Shown in pieces: positions 47,876 through 61,340 of a stretch of DNA of 64,000 bases. How positions within the stretch are numbered: position 1 is the first letter of the stretch; each line of letters starts with the position of its first letter. The DNA comes from Amphiscolops sp. MND2022 (taxonomy: Eukaryota). The DNA lies in NCBI GenBank assembly GCA_964187785.1, contig OZ076409.1, forward strand, positions 18,912,001 through 18,976,000, read 5' to 3'. Position numbers and translations under genes: made by a program. The notes under the pieces are model-generated. The model saw only the letters and a list, made by a program, of their open reading frames with translations. It was not told where the DNA came from and searched no databases.

Positions 47876-50800
47876 TGTTGTATTCCTCATCAACTTCTAA
47901 AGGAAGGAATTCAGTGTTCAAAATAACTGTTTCCTATCGAATCTTTTCGTAGCACTAGGCTGTTGTTCTTCTGAGCTTATGTGACAGGGACAGGTATTTA
48001 AATAACACTAACAAAAATTACAGTACAAATAAGATGAAAGCATAGACATAGAATAATTAGTTTATACAGTCTGAGTTCGCACGTCCTCAACATTCCTCCT
48101 TCTACTATTGGCGGATGATCTGCCAATGGGGACGTGCTGCTTTCTTTGTGGCGGTCGTTCCTCCACTGGTCCGAGGTTTGGGGACGGGTAACTGTTCCTC
48201 GCTTCTTTGGTTGACGGGACTGGAGCGGTACCTGATTAGTTTGGGTCTGCTTCGGCCGAATGTACTATTTCTGTTGTGTTGTCCAGCCGCTCTTGAGTTC
48301 TCGGGTCTTCTAGGTAAATTGGTGGTGTTTCTGGCTCGCCGTCTGATTCTATCACCGTTGTCCGCTTTCGTTTGGATAGTGATTTTGTAAATCGGCCAAC
48401 CGGTCCACATGGTCCAATCTCTCTGTTGCTGTGTTCCTGGTTAAAATCAGCGGTGGGTTTACTGATGTGTTTTTATGTAATACTCTCCTGTTAGGAGTGG
48501 TTACTGTATGGTCTGTGCCCGATATTGCTGTTTGCGGTTTGTCGGATTTTGCACTTTCAAATTTTTGTCGTTTATGTTTTTTCTAGAAATAAAAAGAGTT
48601 TTTACTAACTCCTTTTGTTTGTCTTTGGCTCCATATGTAGCTGGTCAGACACACCGCCGGCTCCACTTAACGAATATACTTGTAATGTATCTGGCTTGGC
48701 AATGTATAGGAATTTTTTGTTGACCTTTCTAAGGTATCGAGATTTAACAAGATGCTTACTTCGGTGTTAGGTGTTCGGCCGTAATGGGCTTCTAAAGCAA
48801 ATTTTCTCAGTCTCGTATGTGGTGTTTTTCTCATTACGTCCAGAGACTTGTCTAAAGCATTGTCAAACTGTTCGCCCGCTTTGATGTTCGTTAGGAGGTA
48901 TTTTCAAGTTCTCCCCGTTCTACTAGGACGGAGCGGGTATGTATACACGGTGTCCCGCATAATAGTTTGATGAAGTGTTTTTTACAAAAATCCCTTAAAA
49001 AGCGTCCTGTGAACGCGATGACTTTATCCGTTCTAATCTTTTCAGGTATGACGTTTAGCTGTTCGAGAAATTTCACCGCTGTTTCACCGTCCGTAGATGT
49101 GCAAACACTTTCTGCCGCCATTTGCTAATCCGGTCTGTGGACATAAAAAAGATAAAAATGACGGTTGTTTTCCGAGATTGATCCATTGGAATCCAATTGG
49201 ATTTCTTCGTTTGGACTATTTAGCGGTGGAAGGTTGTTTGTTTCCGTAGTCGGTATATTAGGCTTAATGTTCTCACCGGACCTTTTGCAGGGAAGGCATA
49301 ATTCACACTCCTTCTGTTTTGCCTCGATCATTCGTGGTCATCAGAAATGTCGCGCTGCAAGCGTCATCTCATTGATGGCCGGATGTCCGTTGTGGAGGAG
49401 GCTTAATATCGTCTTTCGGAGGTTTTTCGGGACAATGATTTCATCTTTCAGGAAAACGACACCGAACCGGCTTGACAATCTCTTTTTGTGACAAATTGTG
49501 GTATCAGCACGGGCTGCTGACGTTCTTGACGTACTAGTGTCTTCAGTAAGTTGGGATCGTTAGTAGTCTCCGTCATTAGCAATCGTAAATCCGTTGAAAG
49601 GTTTTTTGGTTTGTTGCACGGCTTCCTTAAAGTCCCAGTTGTTTTCTTCATGTACGGATATTTTCGGCGCGTGTCTCATATCTACATATTGGACGCTCTT
49701 CACTCCTATTTACGTTTGACTGCGTGAACTTCAAGGACTGACAGGTCCTTGTCCCTGTCGGAGTCAATTTCTCCTTCCTCTATCGAAATTGGGGCGTTCT
49801 GGTCTGGGCTGATCGGTGCTGTGGATGGTCGTGGCGGTTGGGCTGATGTCGGCCGTTCCATTTCCGAGAATGGGTCTACGGTCCATTGCTCCGATCAACG
49901 TGTCCGCAGTTGGAAGCCTCCTCTGTGTTGTGGACCGTTTCGTTGTCTCAGGTCGCCTTTGTCATGGCCCTTATTGTTTGTTGGAGCCGTTCTTCAATTA
50001 CTATACTTTCTTTCCGTAGGAATTTTGGATCGCGGTATTTCTTACACTTTCGTCTGGTCATGCGGTAAATGCCGGGTTTACCACTTTCCCTCCATCTGTG
50101 AATTATATCTGTCGTTTCAGCGGAGGAAACTACCGCTTAAATGTATTTCAATCGTTCTGGAGTTCATTGTAACTCTCGTGCTTTTTGTAATACTCGGTTT
50201 GAAATTTGTATGTGTGTTTGTTACGCTGTTAAAACAATGAATGACGGTGTGTTCACGCGCATCCTTTGACCGTGCTTCATTGTTTGTTTTGCCTTCGCTT
50301 TTGTCCGTTCTGCTTCTGATTGGTCAATGTGGTTGCTAAGGCAACCGCGCTTGGAAATGAACGTGTACTGCGGTAAGATGGTATTAATGACAAATTCTTA
50401 ATCGTGCGCTTTGTCCGTTTGCGGCGAGTCTGATGCATTCTACGCAAGTAATCCGTGAGCGCTAGATGTTCACCCGCGACATGGTTCACCTTGATAGTGA
50501 AATGCAATAACCGGTCCAGCCACCTCGTTACTCGTGCACTAAAAGTGTTTTGGAGCAGTTTCGTTTAATCAGTGGTTCCAGTGCCTGGTGATCTGTTAGT
50601 TATTTTATCAGTTACCGTAAATTTACAAACGAGGCCTTTAGCACTAGCGTCGGTTGTTATGACGTTTAGGTAGTTTGAGTCATGATGAGCCAAACTCGGT
50701 ATGTCCGTGATTTTTTGCTTGAGATTTTCAAATGCTAGCGTATGTTCTTCCGCCCATACCAATCAGTATCTTTTTTCAAAAGCTGTCGCAAATCGTCCAT

Positions 50801-53296
50801 GTGTGCGGATAGTTTGTCGATGTATTTTGACAGATATTGGATAGCCATCAGGAACAAAATCAATTCCTTGCCATGATTAGGCCGTTTCAGTTTCTTCATT
50901 TCCATTAGTTTGTTTCGTAATGGCCTGATTCCGTTTAGATCTATTTCATACCCAATCCATTCGTTTTGAAAAAATTCGCATTTGTTTTTGCTAAGTCTGT
51001 GTCTGGCGTTTTCTAGTCTAGTAAGGATATCTATAAGCTCTTTTTTGTGTTGTTATATCCAACCATTTGTTACCACAATTATGTCGTCCAACCATGCGGG
51101 GTGTTTTTATCTAATGTTTTGTCAATTTTCTCCTGAAAAATTGTCGATTTATCCGCTAACCCGTAGAATCCTCTCAAGAAACGGTAGTAACCGGTAAAGT
51201 TCCACCCGGTTACTGGAAGTATGCACAGGTTTCAGGCTTCCCGGAACAATAGTAGTTGTCCATACGCATAATCTAGATCGAATTTTGAGGTCAAAACTTC
51301 GTCTGCTGCTCCATCTATGATTTTTCAGGATTTTCTCGAAAAGAGCTTTTCCATGTTAGGCATTTGTGTCTTCCTTTTTATGGTGAATTTTTTCAAATTT
51401 TGTCAATGCAGTGCAATTTTCACTGATTTGTCTTACTTTACCGTAATTTCGGCCGGACTGATCAAGCAGTTTTCATCGATGTTATTTGCCGTTTCAATGT
51501 GGCCTTGTTTCTATAAAATTTTGATTTTTTTTTCAACCGATTGTTTTATATGTATCGGTATTGGTCTCCCTTGTTGTTGTATCAATTTTGCATCTTATTT
51601 TAGTTTTATTTTCACTTCTAGTCCCTTCATGGTATTGTTTTCGTTGAAAAGTCTTTTGAATTTTCATTTGAGCATTGTTATGTCCGGATTTTCTCTACGT
51701 AGTTTGTTTCTGGATCGGTCTTACCGGCATGAAGCCGTAGTCCCAGATTTTCTATCTTGTCTAAGCCTAGTAAGGTGTTTGTCTTCTTTGTCGTTACCAA
51801 AATCTCCCGGCATTTTTGTTTCCCATCCTTTTCAACTTTCGCCATTGTTTTTCCTTCAAACTATATCAGGTTGTCGTTCACTTCTCTGTATTCGGTTTCT
51901 AGAGGACGTAATGGTGCTATTTTGTTGAATTTTGACTTCAGTATTAAGGTTACCGGTGAGCCGCTTCCTATGATGAATGCGATTGGTCGGTTATTGACCA
52001 ATGCGGTGAAGGTAAAGAATTCCGAACCGTCATTGATTTTTGAGCGTGTTGAATGGATCTTCTGACTTATGGAATGAATTGGGTTTGGTGATCAACCGTC
52101 TTCTTCTGCACTACTTGTTCCTTGTTCCTGTATGCATTTTATTTTTCTATTTGTCCTGCAGCATTTCGCAAAATGTCCAATCCTTCACATTTTGCGCATT
52201 TCTTTCCCCTAGAAGGGCATTCGTGCTGTCTTGACCTGTTTGGGGCTCCACATCTGTTGCAGACTATTTTCTTTAATTTTGCCGGTTTGTCTGTTGATTC
52301 CCTGGTGGTTTTTGTCTTTCTTTTTGTGAGATATCGAATTTTTTTCGCTTCGTCTGTCTCTGGTGAGTCATTTTGTTTTTCATAGATATACTCGTGCAAT
52401 GCTTCGGTTATTTCCTCTAACTACATATCTTTCGGTCTGATCTTTTTCTTTAGATCGTAGTCGCCAGTTGATTTGCCGATTACGGATACAAATTCTGATG
52501 CCAGAAACTTTGCCGAGGTTATTAATTCAAATTCGCACCTTTTCTTTACTTCTAGGATTACTTTCCAAACATCAGCTGCGAATTCTCCGTCTTCTCGTTT
52601 CAGGTCAAAAAAATTGGCTCTGCTACGTTTCTCTCTGGCGTAATGTGCAGTCGGAACAGTGTATATAAATTATACAACGGTAGTGAGTTCGGTTCTCTCT
52701 CCAAAACCATTTTATTCCTCTCCGTGATAACATTTTGTCCAAGGGCCCTCGAAATTTGTCTTTTATTTCCGTTTCTAAATAATCACGGTATTTTGGCAGT
52801 TTTTCTTTATTAGTCGTCATTGTCAACAGGTCCAAGTCCTTCGTCCTTTTTATATACTGTACAAATTTCCGCCATCACATGTTTGCATTGATGCAGTGTT
52901 GCTTTTCCAACATTGGAATGAAAAACTTCTGGGTGCAGGTCCTGTTCATCGTGTCGTTTGGTAGCAGTTGTCCACTTGAGTGTGATTGCGCCGACGTCAT
53001 TGTGGTGCCTCCACTTCTTGGGGTGGTTTCTGTGTTGCTGTCCGTAAAATATTTTTTAATGATCTATTGTAACTTTTTCCGTTACTCTGACTGCGCCATG
53101 TTGTATTTCTCATCAACTTGTAAAAGAAGGAATTCAGTGCTTAAAATTAACTGTTTTCTATCAAATCGTTTTCTTCTGCGCTTATGTGGCAGGGACAGGT
53201 ATTTAAACAACACCAATAATAATACAGTACAAATAGGATGAAAGCATAGACATAGACTAATTAGTTCATACAGTCTGAGTTCGTGTGTCCTCTACA
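47876..53296 (-). mobile_element. Decayed Ty3/Gypsy (Mag-like) LTR retrotransposon, 5.4 kb
   Basis: Diverged LTRs at 47876-48092 and 53099-53296; 5-bp TSD caggg/taggg. PBS TGGCGCAGTC (tRNA-Ser-like) ends at 53098; PPT agaaggaggaa at 48093-48103. Remnants of a zinc knuckle (CNRC..H.C, ~52200-52265), RT AWLDDI (~51080-51097), RNase H TDAS (~50650) and integrase IRTD (~49030). Confidence 0.92.
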
Positions 53297-53299
53297 TAG

Positions 53300-53671
53300 G
53301 GTTACATGACATTTTGTCCTATGTAATTAATTTCAACTGTTGCCATTTCAACCGTTCACGCTTTCAACCTATTGCGTTTTCAATATTCGACAATTTCGAC
53401 GTAAACTAATCTGGGCTCTTTAGTCGGTTGAGTTAATATTTCAGTAAAATATTTAGTAATGGATCAAACAGCCTTAATTAATGGTAATTGTTCATAAACA
53501 AGCTAAAACGTATCAAAATTGGTGTAAAAAGTAACACATTTGAATGTAGAAATGTATGAAAATGAAATAATTGGTTCGAAATTGCGGCAGGTTGAAAGTG
53601 CAATAGGTTGAAATTTTAAGCGATTGAAATGGCAACGGTTGAAATTGCATTGAATGAAATGTCCTGACACC
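53300..53671 (-). mobile_element. MITE copy (9-bp TSD, Mutator-like), interrupted at its terminus by the Mag-like element
   Basis: gaaaaacag occurs at 47865-47873 and 53672-53680, flanking the MITE once the LTR element is removed. Confidence 0.7.
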
Positions 53672-56600
53672 GAAAAACAGAGAAGAACCAATCTTCTGTT
53701 TATCTAATGTGTGACGCATTAAAAACTACTCCTTTCCAAAGTCAACCAATAAATACAGGGACATCCTTGTCTGGGACCTTTTTTCCAAACACGTGCACAA
53801 ATGGTTCCTCTGCCGATTTAGTAATGTTACACTTACTGTACTGTGACAAAGCTTCGGCAATCTGTACACGTCGAGGAAAACCGTCATTTGTTTACACGTT
53901 TCCATGCTTCTCAGTCGAAAATGTATATAATTGCAAAATTGTTTTGAACTAGAGATTTCACTAAACAATTCAAAAATTACAAAAATTCAGGCGTTAAAAG
54001 CAAAAAGGTCCACAAATTTCATTCACTGCACAATCATGTTTATGTTGAGAAAATACGATGGAAACTGGCAAAAATACATGTATTAACACAAACTTTGTGG
54101 TCGAGAAAACAATCAAATATTTTTACTTTTTTGAATATTAAAAACTGCTTCAGTTTTTGCATTTTACTTTTAAAATTAGGCACCATAGCTTGCTATGGGA
54201 ATGAAAAGCACCAAAGAAGCATCGACTAAAAATCACAACTACCACTTCGGCTTTGGCTCGCGGAATTGTGTGTGAAACAAACTTTCTTCCTTCTTCATTC
54301 AGATGAGTTGTTAGAAAAAATTCGACGATGAAATCTATGCAAGTTTCGTGCAACTGGTTCAGAATTGCATACGAAATTTTCATCCTTTCAGTAAATCATT
54401 TCCATAAAAGCTGCTCCTTTCAATTAAACCGGAAACTAGAATCAAAAAGGACGTTTCAAAAGTGTTTCTGAATCGTTCAACTGAATTCTTCAAGTAAATT
54501 GGACATTTTTCCAGATTTTCAAATACTGACTCTTTCTTACCCTTCCCGTTTTTTTATTCAGTAAAAACTACCCGGGTACTTGTGAGGAAACCTATTTTTG
54601 GCGCAAACGTATTTAAAAACAAAAAAATACTTACCTTGTTCAAACCTTTCAAACAGGGAGAATGTGATGAAATTGTGAACAAAATAATGTCCCTCGACGA
54701 CCGTTGTGGGGGAATGAAGGAATTTAGTAAGTAGGTAGAGAAAATTCTCAAGTAAACGGGAAACGTTGACAAACGCTGATAAGTGTAAAAACGAAAGGTA
54801 TTGCAGAATTTTTAGCACATATAGATGTTCAAAGCGTAGAGATAAAATTCGTCAAAACATAGCTTTCGTTCGAGCTGTGCCGTTTCAATCGTTTTATTTT
54901 ACATTTGAAGGCAGGCGCGCAGCAGCGTTGAACAAATGACGTTATGTTTTGTATTTTCTTGTCTCGTTGTCATCATTTAAAAGCAAACATGAAATATGCA
55001 ATGCGAAAAATCAGATTCAGCTCAGCAAATGCGTTTTGAATGGCAGGAAACCTCATATGGTATAACCATCTTCTACCGTCGTTTAAAACAGGTAAAAAGG
55101 ACATGTTTTTTTTTACTTTTCGTTTTTACTCGACTTGCAAGATAACGAACGGACCGACATTTTCCAAGGAAAATCTTTTCCATTGGTGTTAATCACTAAC
55201 AGTTTACTAACCATTAATAAGGAGTCTTGACGAAAAACGAATTTCCTCTTAAATAGCCACCAATAAGTTTTTGTTGCTCAGGAATCTACAAAACCCGACT
55301 TTCATTTTTGGAAAAATCAAGGAAAAACAAGAACAGGAAATAAAGATTTATTGTGCATTGATGAAAGTAAAACAGTTGAAAGAGGAAAACCAATACCAAA
55401 GAAAGCAGGTTTTCACTTCCGAAAAAAGTACCTAAATTTTGCCTTGTTCGTATTTAGGTATAAACAGCATCACCATAGCAACCGATAATTATTATCGATT
55501 TTCAATTTGTGAAGCATTTGAAGAGTCGCCATACAACTTCAACGTACTTCGAATGACGTTGACGGGAGTAATGGGAGCATTCAAATTTATTGCATTAAAA
55601 GCTCCTTTTTAACCAATTACGACGCAAAATGTGCGAACTCATTTCCATTTTTTTCTGGTAATTGAATTCAGTGTTTATTTTGGAACATCGTTAAAGTTTT
55701 AGTGCGCAGGGCAATGAACCGCTGCTCTTCTAATACTCAATGCCTAAAACTCCTGCCGAGAAGTTTCAATCTCATAGTAGACTATGATATATCTCAAATG
55801 ATATTCTCATCCTAAACCAGCCCAGAACAAACAAAGTTTTCATACGCTGCATTCATTCACGCACGTCAAATATTTCGAATGTAGGAACTCAACATTTCAT
55901 AAACCGGATTCTTTTTGATATATAGCAGTGTCATGGGTTATATCATATGCAGTTCTTGCTTTTGGGTTTTTTAAATTTTCAGTATCGAAATAATTTGACT
56001 AGAAATGATGTAATAACATCTATCAAACTATTTGGAACAAAATCCAATGAATATTTTAGCAATAAACTGTTGAAATTATCATCACAGTAATTATAAACAA
56101 AAGCTTGCAATGAATAGAATCTAGAAAAAACGTCCGCTAAAATTGAACTTCATTGTAAAAAATTAAAGATTAGATGCTAAAATTGTTCTAGCCGATCATA
56201 CCAAACAATGTATTCTAATTTCTTTTACCTGCAATTCGCCAGAAACCGAAGACATTTAAACCCGGAAATGTTATAACCGAATACGTTTTTTTCCAAAATT
56301 CATACGTCATAACCGAAGTTCTTTTCACCTCAGCTACGTGACGTCAGATGTTATTAGCATAGATAGGTCAATTTGAAGAGATAGAAAATTTGACAAGGGC
56401 CGGCAAAATTTGACAAAATTTGATAGAAAATTTGAGGGTCGGCAAAATGTGAGTTTTTAAAAAAAATAAACTAACTGTAATTTACTGCATAAAACACGTT
56501 ATTTATGTTAAAAATTTAATTTCAGATGACAATTAATGATTAAATTGTCTGAAAAGAAACGCGAGTAAATACACTGTTAAATTGCATGTTAAATAACATG

Positions 56601-57396
56601 TTAAACAACATGCCAACCTTGACTATAGCCCCACTTTTAGCTAAGGAAAACATAGGAGTTACATTCTAATAAGTTTAGTTGTATCAGAATGCTATCAGAG
56701 AATTCGGACAGGTAAAAATTTGACTGTAGCAGGTTTTGAACTCAAGTTCTCCAGCTTGGGAAGCTTACTTTCTAACCACAAGAGCAACTGCTAACTGGTC
56801 GCTTCTTCTCTTCGTGGCATTTGTTTGTCTTTGAAAAAAAGCCACTGTAAGGGTCGGGCGATTTGTTTCAACTGAAAGCACTGGCTAAAACTGCTGATTA
56901 TCTATTTTATACAGAAAAATCCTTGTTTCAGAATTCGTGGCTTATTCGGAAGCAGTTTTAGCCACCGCTCTTATCAAACTCCTTGCCATTGTAGACTCTT
57001 TTCAGACTCGAACTAAATCCTCCACTGTTAATTTTTGACTAGTTGATTAGAACCTTTGATATTGGTTCTGGTCGTTGAAACATCTATCTACTTCTCAATT
57101 CCACGTGACTTACGAAGCTGGATGAGACTCAAGGTTCCCAGTCGTTTTCTTCTCGGAACTGAAATTTCTCGCAAAACATTTTTTGCATATTCTAAGAACT
57201 ATTAAAAGACTGCGTGGAACGACAATTTGGGCCGCTCCTGGCTTGTTAGATATTCAAGTGTTGATAGACTCTTGTCACTCTTTCATGCTGATACTTTTAC
57301 TGTACCCTTGAAACTTGCACCTAAATGACCATTTTATAAGAAGGTTTCAATCCCTCTAAACGCTCAAGTATAAAAAATACAGACTGAAAAAATGAA

Positions 57397-57402
57397 TTTA
57401 TT
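57397..57402 (-). terminator. Candidate polyadenylation signal (AATAAA) for nicastrin
   Basis: tttatt on the + strand, ~120 nt downstream of the stop codon. Confidence 0.45.
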
Positions 57403-57523
57403 GAGAAAAAAAATCTTTACAAGTTAAAACTCAGCAAATTAATGAAAAACTATCAAATAAATTTACACTTCACGGTAGCGGGTAATTATAGAAAAATCTA
57501 TGAAAATAACAATTCAGTCAAAA

Positions 57524-58006
57524 CTATACCACTCTTGGAGTATTATGAGATATCTGTGGGCCGTTAACAGGTTGCTCCGTTTCTTCAGTCACATTATCAC
57601 GTGAACCGCGACTAGGGGTACTGTTGTTGTATGCAATATTGGCACTGCTTTCATTGGCGGCCGAGAACTGCATAACTGTAAGCCTACTATCGTTGTTGCT
57701 TGGTCTGAATAGAACGTGGGATTTGTACTGGACAAAAAGGACAACTACGAAAGAGAAGAAGGTCACCATGATACCGACAGTTAGAGCCATGATCTCTATA
57801 CTCCGGTCACCGGTCGCGTACAGCTTGACTTCAAAGGTCGAGCTCCAGTATGACTCAGTCCAAGCTGGGTACTTGCCAGACTTCATCAATGACTCATTTA
57901 TAAATGCGGGCGATTCTGCACTGGTGAAGTACACTGGCGCCCGATAACACACTGACTCCGTTTCATTCGCGGAAACGTCTTCCTTTAACTTGAAGTAAAG
58001 GAAAGT
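57524..58006 (-). CDS. NCSTN: Nicastrin last coding exon (AESPAF, WTESYW, TM helix, cytoplasmic tail, TAG stop)
   Basis: Nicastrin hallmarks A.SPAF and WTES.W followed by a hydrophobic TM helix. 483 nt, in frame to the stop at 57524-57526. Confidence 0.95.
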   Translation of the reverse strand, partial: TFLYFKLKEDVSANETESVCYRAPVYFTSAESPAFINESLMKSGKYPAWTESYWSSTFEVKLYATGDRSIEIMALTVGIMVTFFSFVVVLFVQYKSHVLFRPSNNDSRLTVMQFSAANESSANIAYNNSTPSRGSRDNVTEETEQPVNGPQISHNTPRVV

Positions 58007-58990
58007 CTGAAACATGAAGGTTCACTGAACAAACAAGTTCAGCCATTAACATAAAAGGTCTCTCTGTAATCGTAGTTCTGGAGATTCCTTAAATAAGGTT
58101 TACCAAATATTCGAAAATACACGCCGAAAAATAATTTTCCTTGAAAACTTGGAAATTTTAAAATTTAGGCACTAAACGTATGTCACACGTAGTAAGCTAA
58201 GTATATGCATATGCTATCTTCCAAAAAGCGCTTTCGACTCTAATTCAGAAACTGAGATTACCTCACAGCTGTCCTCAAAAATTACGAAAACCAACTACTT
58301 CAAAGAGATGATCACTCGTTGTGAAACGATCACTCAATTTAGTTTGACTACCTGGTACCCAGGATCGGTAATTGTGCTTTTTGAGTTGAATAAGAAATCT
58401 TTTCTCCTACGAAATGCACACTTCGAAAAAATATATTTGTCGTTCATTCATTCTTGCAAGATCCAAAAAATTCGGGAACAAAGTTACTATTTCGGATATG
58501 GGGCATTTTTATGGTGATATGTTAAAATGGAAATCACTGTGTCAAGAACTATTTTTGACAAGACTCTCATCAATCTCACACTTGGTCAACGAGAAAAATG
58601 GCCAACGAGGTCATCCTTGACATCCTCAACACCAACTAAGAAAAAATCAAAAACTTGTTTGCAAGCTTTAAAAAATTGGTCTACCGCAGGTGTCGAACCC
58701 ACCACCTACTACTGATTCTCTGACCTCGTCGTCGGGCAAAAGAATTCCCGTTTGGCCCTAGACAAATTGGAAAGTACTTTCTAGCTTTTCACTAAAATCT
58801 AATAGCTACTGGCCAAAATTGGAGTAATTTTTAAAATTCATGTACTGTGAAATTCAGGTTTTTCGTTTAGGAAAACTAAAAAAATAGTTAACAGTTGCTA
58901 GAAATACAAACTAAAACATGTTGGTAACTGTTATTTAATTGCATGTTTAATATCTACGCTAAAAACGTGCAAACCATGGTCAAGTCTTAC

Positions 58991-59130
58991 CGTATCTTTG
59001 GCAAACTCAGGCTCACAAGTATCTGTAGTGTAGTTGGATGAAAGAGCAACAGCAAAGAGAGATCTGAAGACTGTGAGAACTGAACTCGTGTCAGCTAGAT
59101 CAGCTATAGAGACATACCTCCCAGCGGGTC
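58991..59130 (-). CDS. NCSTN: Nicastrin exon (GPAGRYVSI...CEPEFAKDT)
   Basis: 'P..RYV.' motif. aag acceptor, gtaag donor, phase 1->0. Confidence 0.82.
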
Positions 59131-59506
59131 CTTGAAACAAGAACACATGAATATAGACTGACAAAGTTGCGATATAGCTAGATTCAACGAGGACTAAGAC
59201 TGACATTACCTAAATTTCATCAAAATAAAAAGTAATCTTCAGAAGTTTTTGCAATCCCCCAGTTAGAAAGTTCCATCGATGAAAGAGAAGATTGAAAAAT
59301 AATCAGAGGAAGAGGAAATGAGCTCCCGTGAAACAATTTTTCTAATCTGCTGCCAAGGTAGAGTTCGTTTTACAAATATATCAATTTCTTATATTTCAGG
59401 TGAAAAAATATTCGACAAAATAGCGACGTTTAGGCTGATAGAACACATTTCTGTACACTTTTAAAGACCATTTCGATGAATAAAAAACTGGATGAATAAG
59501 AATTAC

Positions 59507-59591
59507 CTGGTTGCAAAATATTCAAACCCTCAAATCTTCGAATGAGAGAACAGTTCACATTGATGAGCATGCAATAGGCATATTCTTCCAG
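59507..59591 (-). CDS. NCSTN: Nicastrin exon (LEEYAYCMLINVNCSL...)
   Basis: 'YC.L...NC' pattern. cag/gtaat boundaries, 85 nt, phase 0->1. Confidence 0.82.
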
Positions 59592-60640
59592 CTGAAACAC
59601 AAACAAATGACTTACATTAATCAACCTTTTTCATCATTAGCGACAAAACATACAATACCAGTCACTTCTTGTGGCTTTTCAATATCTCAAAACAACATCA
59701 TTTCTTTGAATGATAAGAGTGACTGTTTTTATTCAAATTTCAAAAAGGGTTGATCACTAGCAAGAATATAGACTTAAGAAGCTCTTTGAGTAGGTCTGCA
59801 GAATGGCAGTACGATGCTCTCGGAGTTAGAGCCGAACCTCGGCCACAAGTGCCCTCAGAGCGAGCTCTTACTACCACTCTCCAACTACTACTTAATGACT
59901 AATCAATTTGTGACTTATGCCATCTTTCATTGTTTTGACTCAAACTTCCCTATTTAGGCAGACTAAAAGCGTTTTTTTTAAAAAAATTAAATCAAGACAC
60001 AAGCAACATAAGAAACCGTTAAAACAAGAGAAAACCAACAACGCATCATCACTGATTGATGCAAGATCTTCCTTCATCAGCAATCTAATGCTGGCTAATT
60101 GAGCGGTCTACAGTAGCGTTCTAAAATATCGCGACTCCATTATTCAAAATGACAAAATTCAAAACCAAATAACTCGCAAACTGTCACAAATACAAAAAAA
60201 ATGTCAGCTACCAAAGTTTCTTAGAACTTTATCTAGTTTACAAAAACGTTTGTTTGAAATTTCTACGTCCCACATTGAGAAAATTGGGAAATTCTCGGAA
60301 ATTTCAATTGAAATTTGAGTTTTATCAATATTTGAGACTTGAACTCATTTCTTATTCGAAATTTCTTTAGAATCCCCCGAACCTACTGAATTGTCCTGAT
60401 CAAAAACTTGTTTTCAATCAGAACACGTGCATTATATTTTGTGACTTTTCGCAGAAGATTCAAACAAATATTTTTGAAAACTACAAAAAAATTCTGAGAA
60501 ACTTTCCAGATGACTATTTCTCGTATTTGTGACAGTTTTCAAGATACTTGGATTTGAAATTTGCAATTTTAAGCATTGGAGATGCGAGGTTTTAGAACGC
60601 TCCTGTATGCTTCACGACTGTTTCAACGAAAACTTCAAAC

Positions 60641-60827
60641 CTGGCTGTCTTCAGGATCGTCATTCTGAACCGAGACATTCTCCACACCAGAATACTTGAG
60701 AACAGCGTCGGCAACAACTTGGCTGATAGAGCGAAGGTTGTCTGTGAATGGGGTGCGGGAGGGCCCCGAGTCCACAGTCAGGTTCAGACCAAACTTCTCT
60801 GGCAGGTCGTAGCTGTCTCCAAAGTAC
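60641..60827 (-). CDS. NCSTN: Nicastrin exon (KYFGDSYD...EDSQ)
   Basis: Completes the 'F.NKY..S.YD'-like motif. cag/gtttg boundaries, phase 2->0. Confidence 0.88.
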
Positions 60828-61340
60828 CTGCAACACATTAACCTATCTATGCTTCACTGTTACCATCATGAAGATTGCAGGTCAAATAAGAAATGATACA
60901 CAAAATCATTGAGCTCGACAGGACGCACATTTCTTTGAAAAGAACTCGAAACCAAAAATATGCAAGCATTGCATCGCTAAGACAATTCGAGAAAAATTGA
61001 CGCACGTTTTTTTTTCATGTCTTGAGCAGCTTGTACTTAAATAGAGGAAACTACGAAGCATTTCTCAATTTCATGCATTGTACTAGATAGATCGCTTAAA
61101 CTAGTTATTCAATCAAACGTTGGCAAAATTGAATACTTGTCGAAAACTTATCTTTTCGGAGGGAAGATAACACCCGAGTTTTATTCTTACATCCATGACA
61201 GGAAAATTATCTTCCGTTCAATTTTTCGGAATGAGTGTTTGTTTAAAATCTGTGGATCATGTGAGTACAAAAACGAATGATGAAATTTTTGAAAAAAACT
61301 TGCCAGTACTAACTTTTGCTTTTAGGTTTTGTGCAAATAC

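Noticed and set aside
49749..51928. Plus-strand hydrophobic ORFs (163 aa and 203 aa) resembling membrane proteins
   Set aside because: Antisense shadows of the A-rich decayed Mag-like pol.
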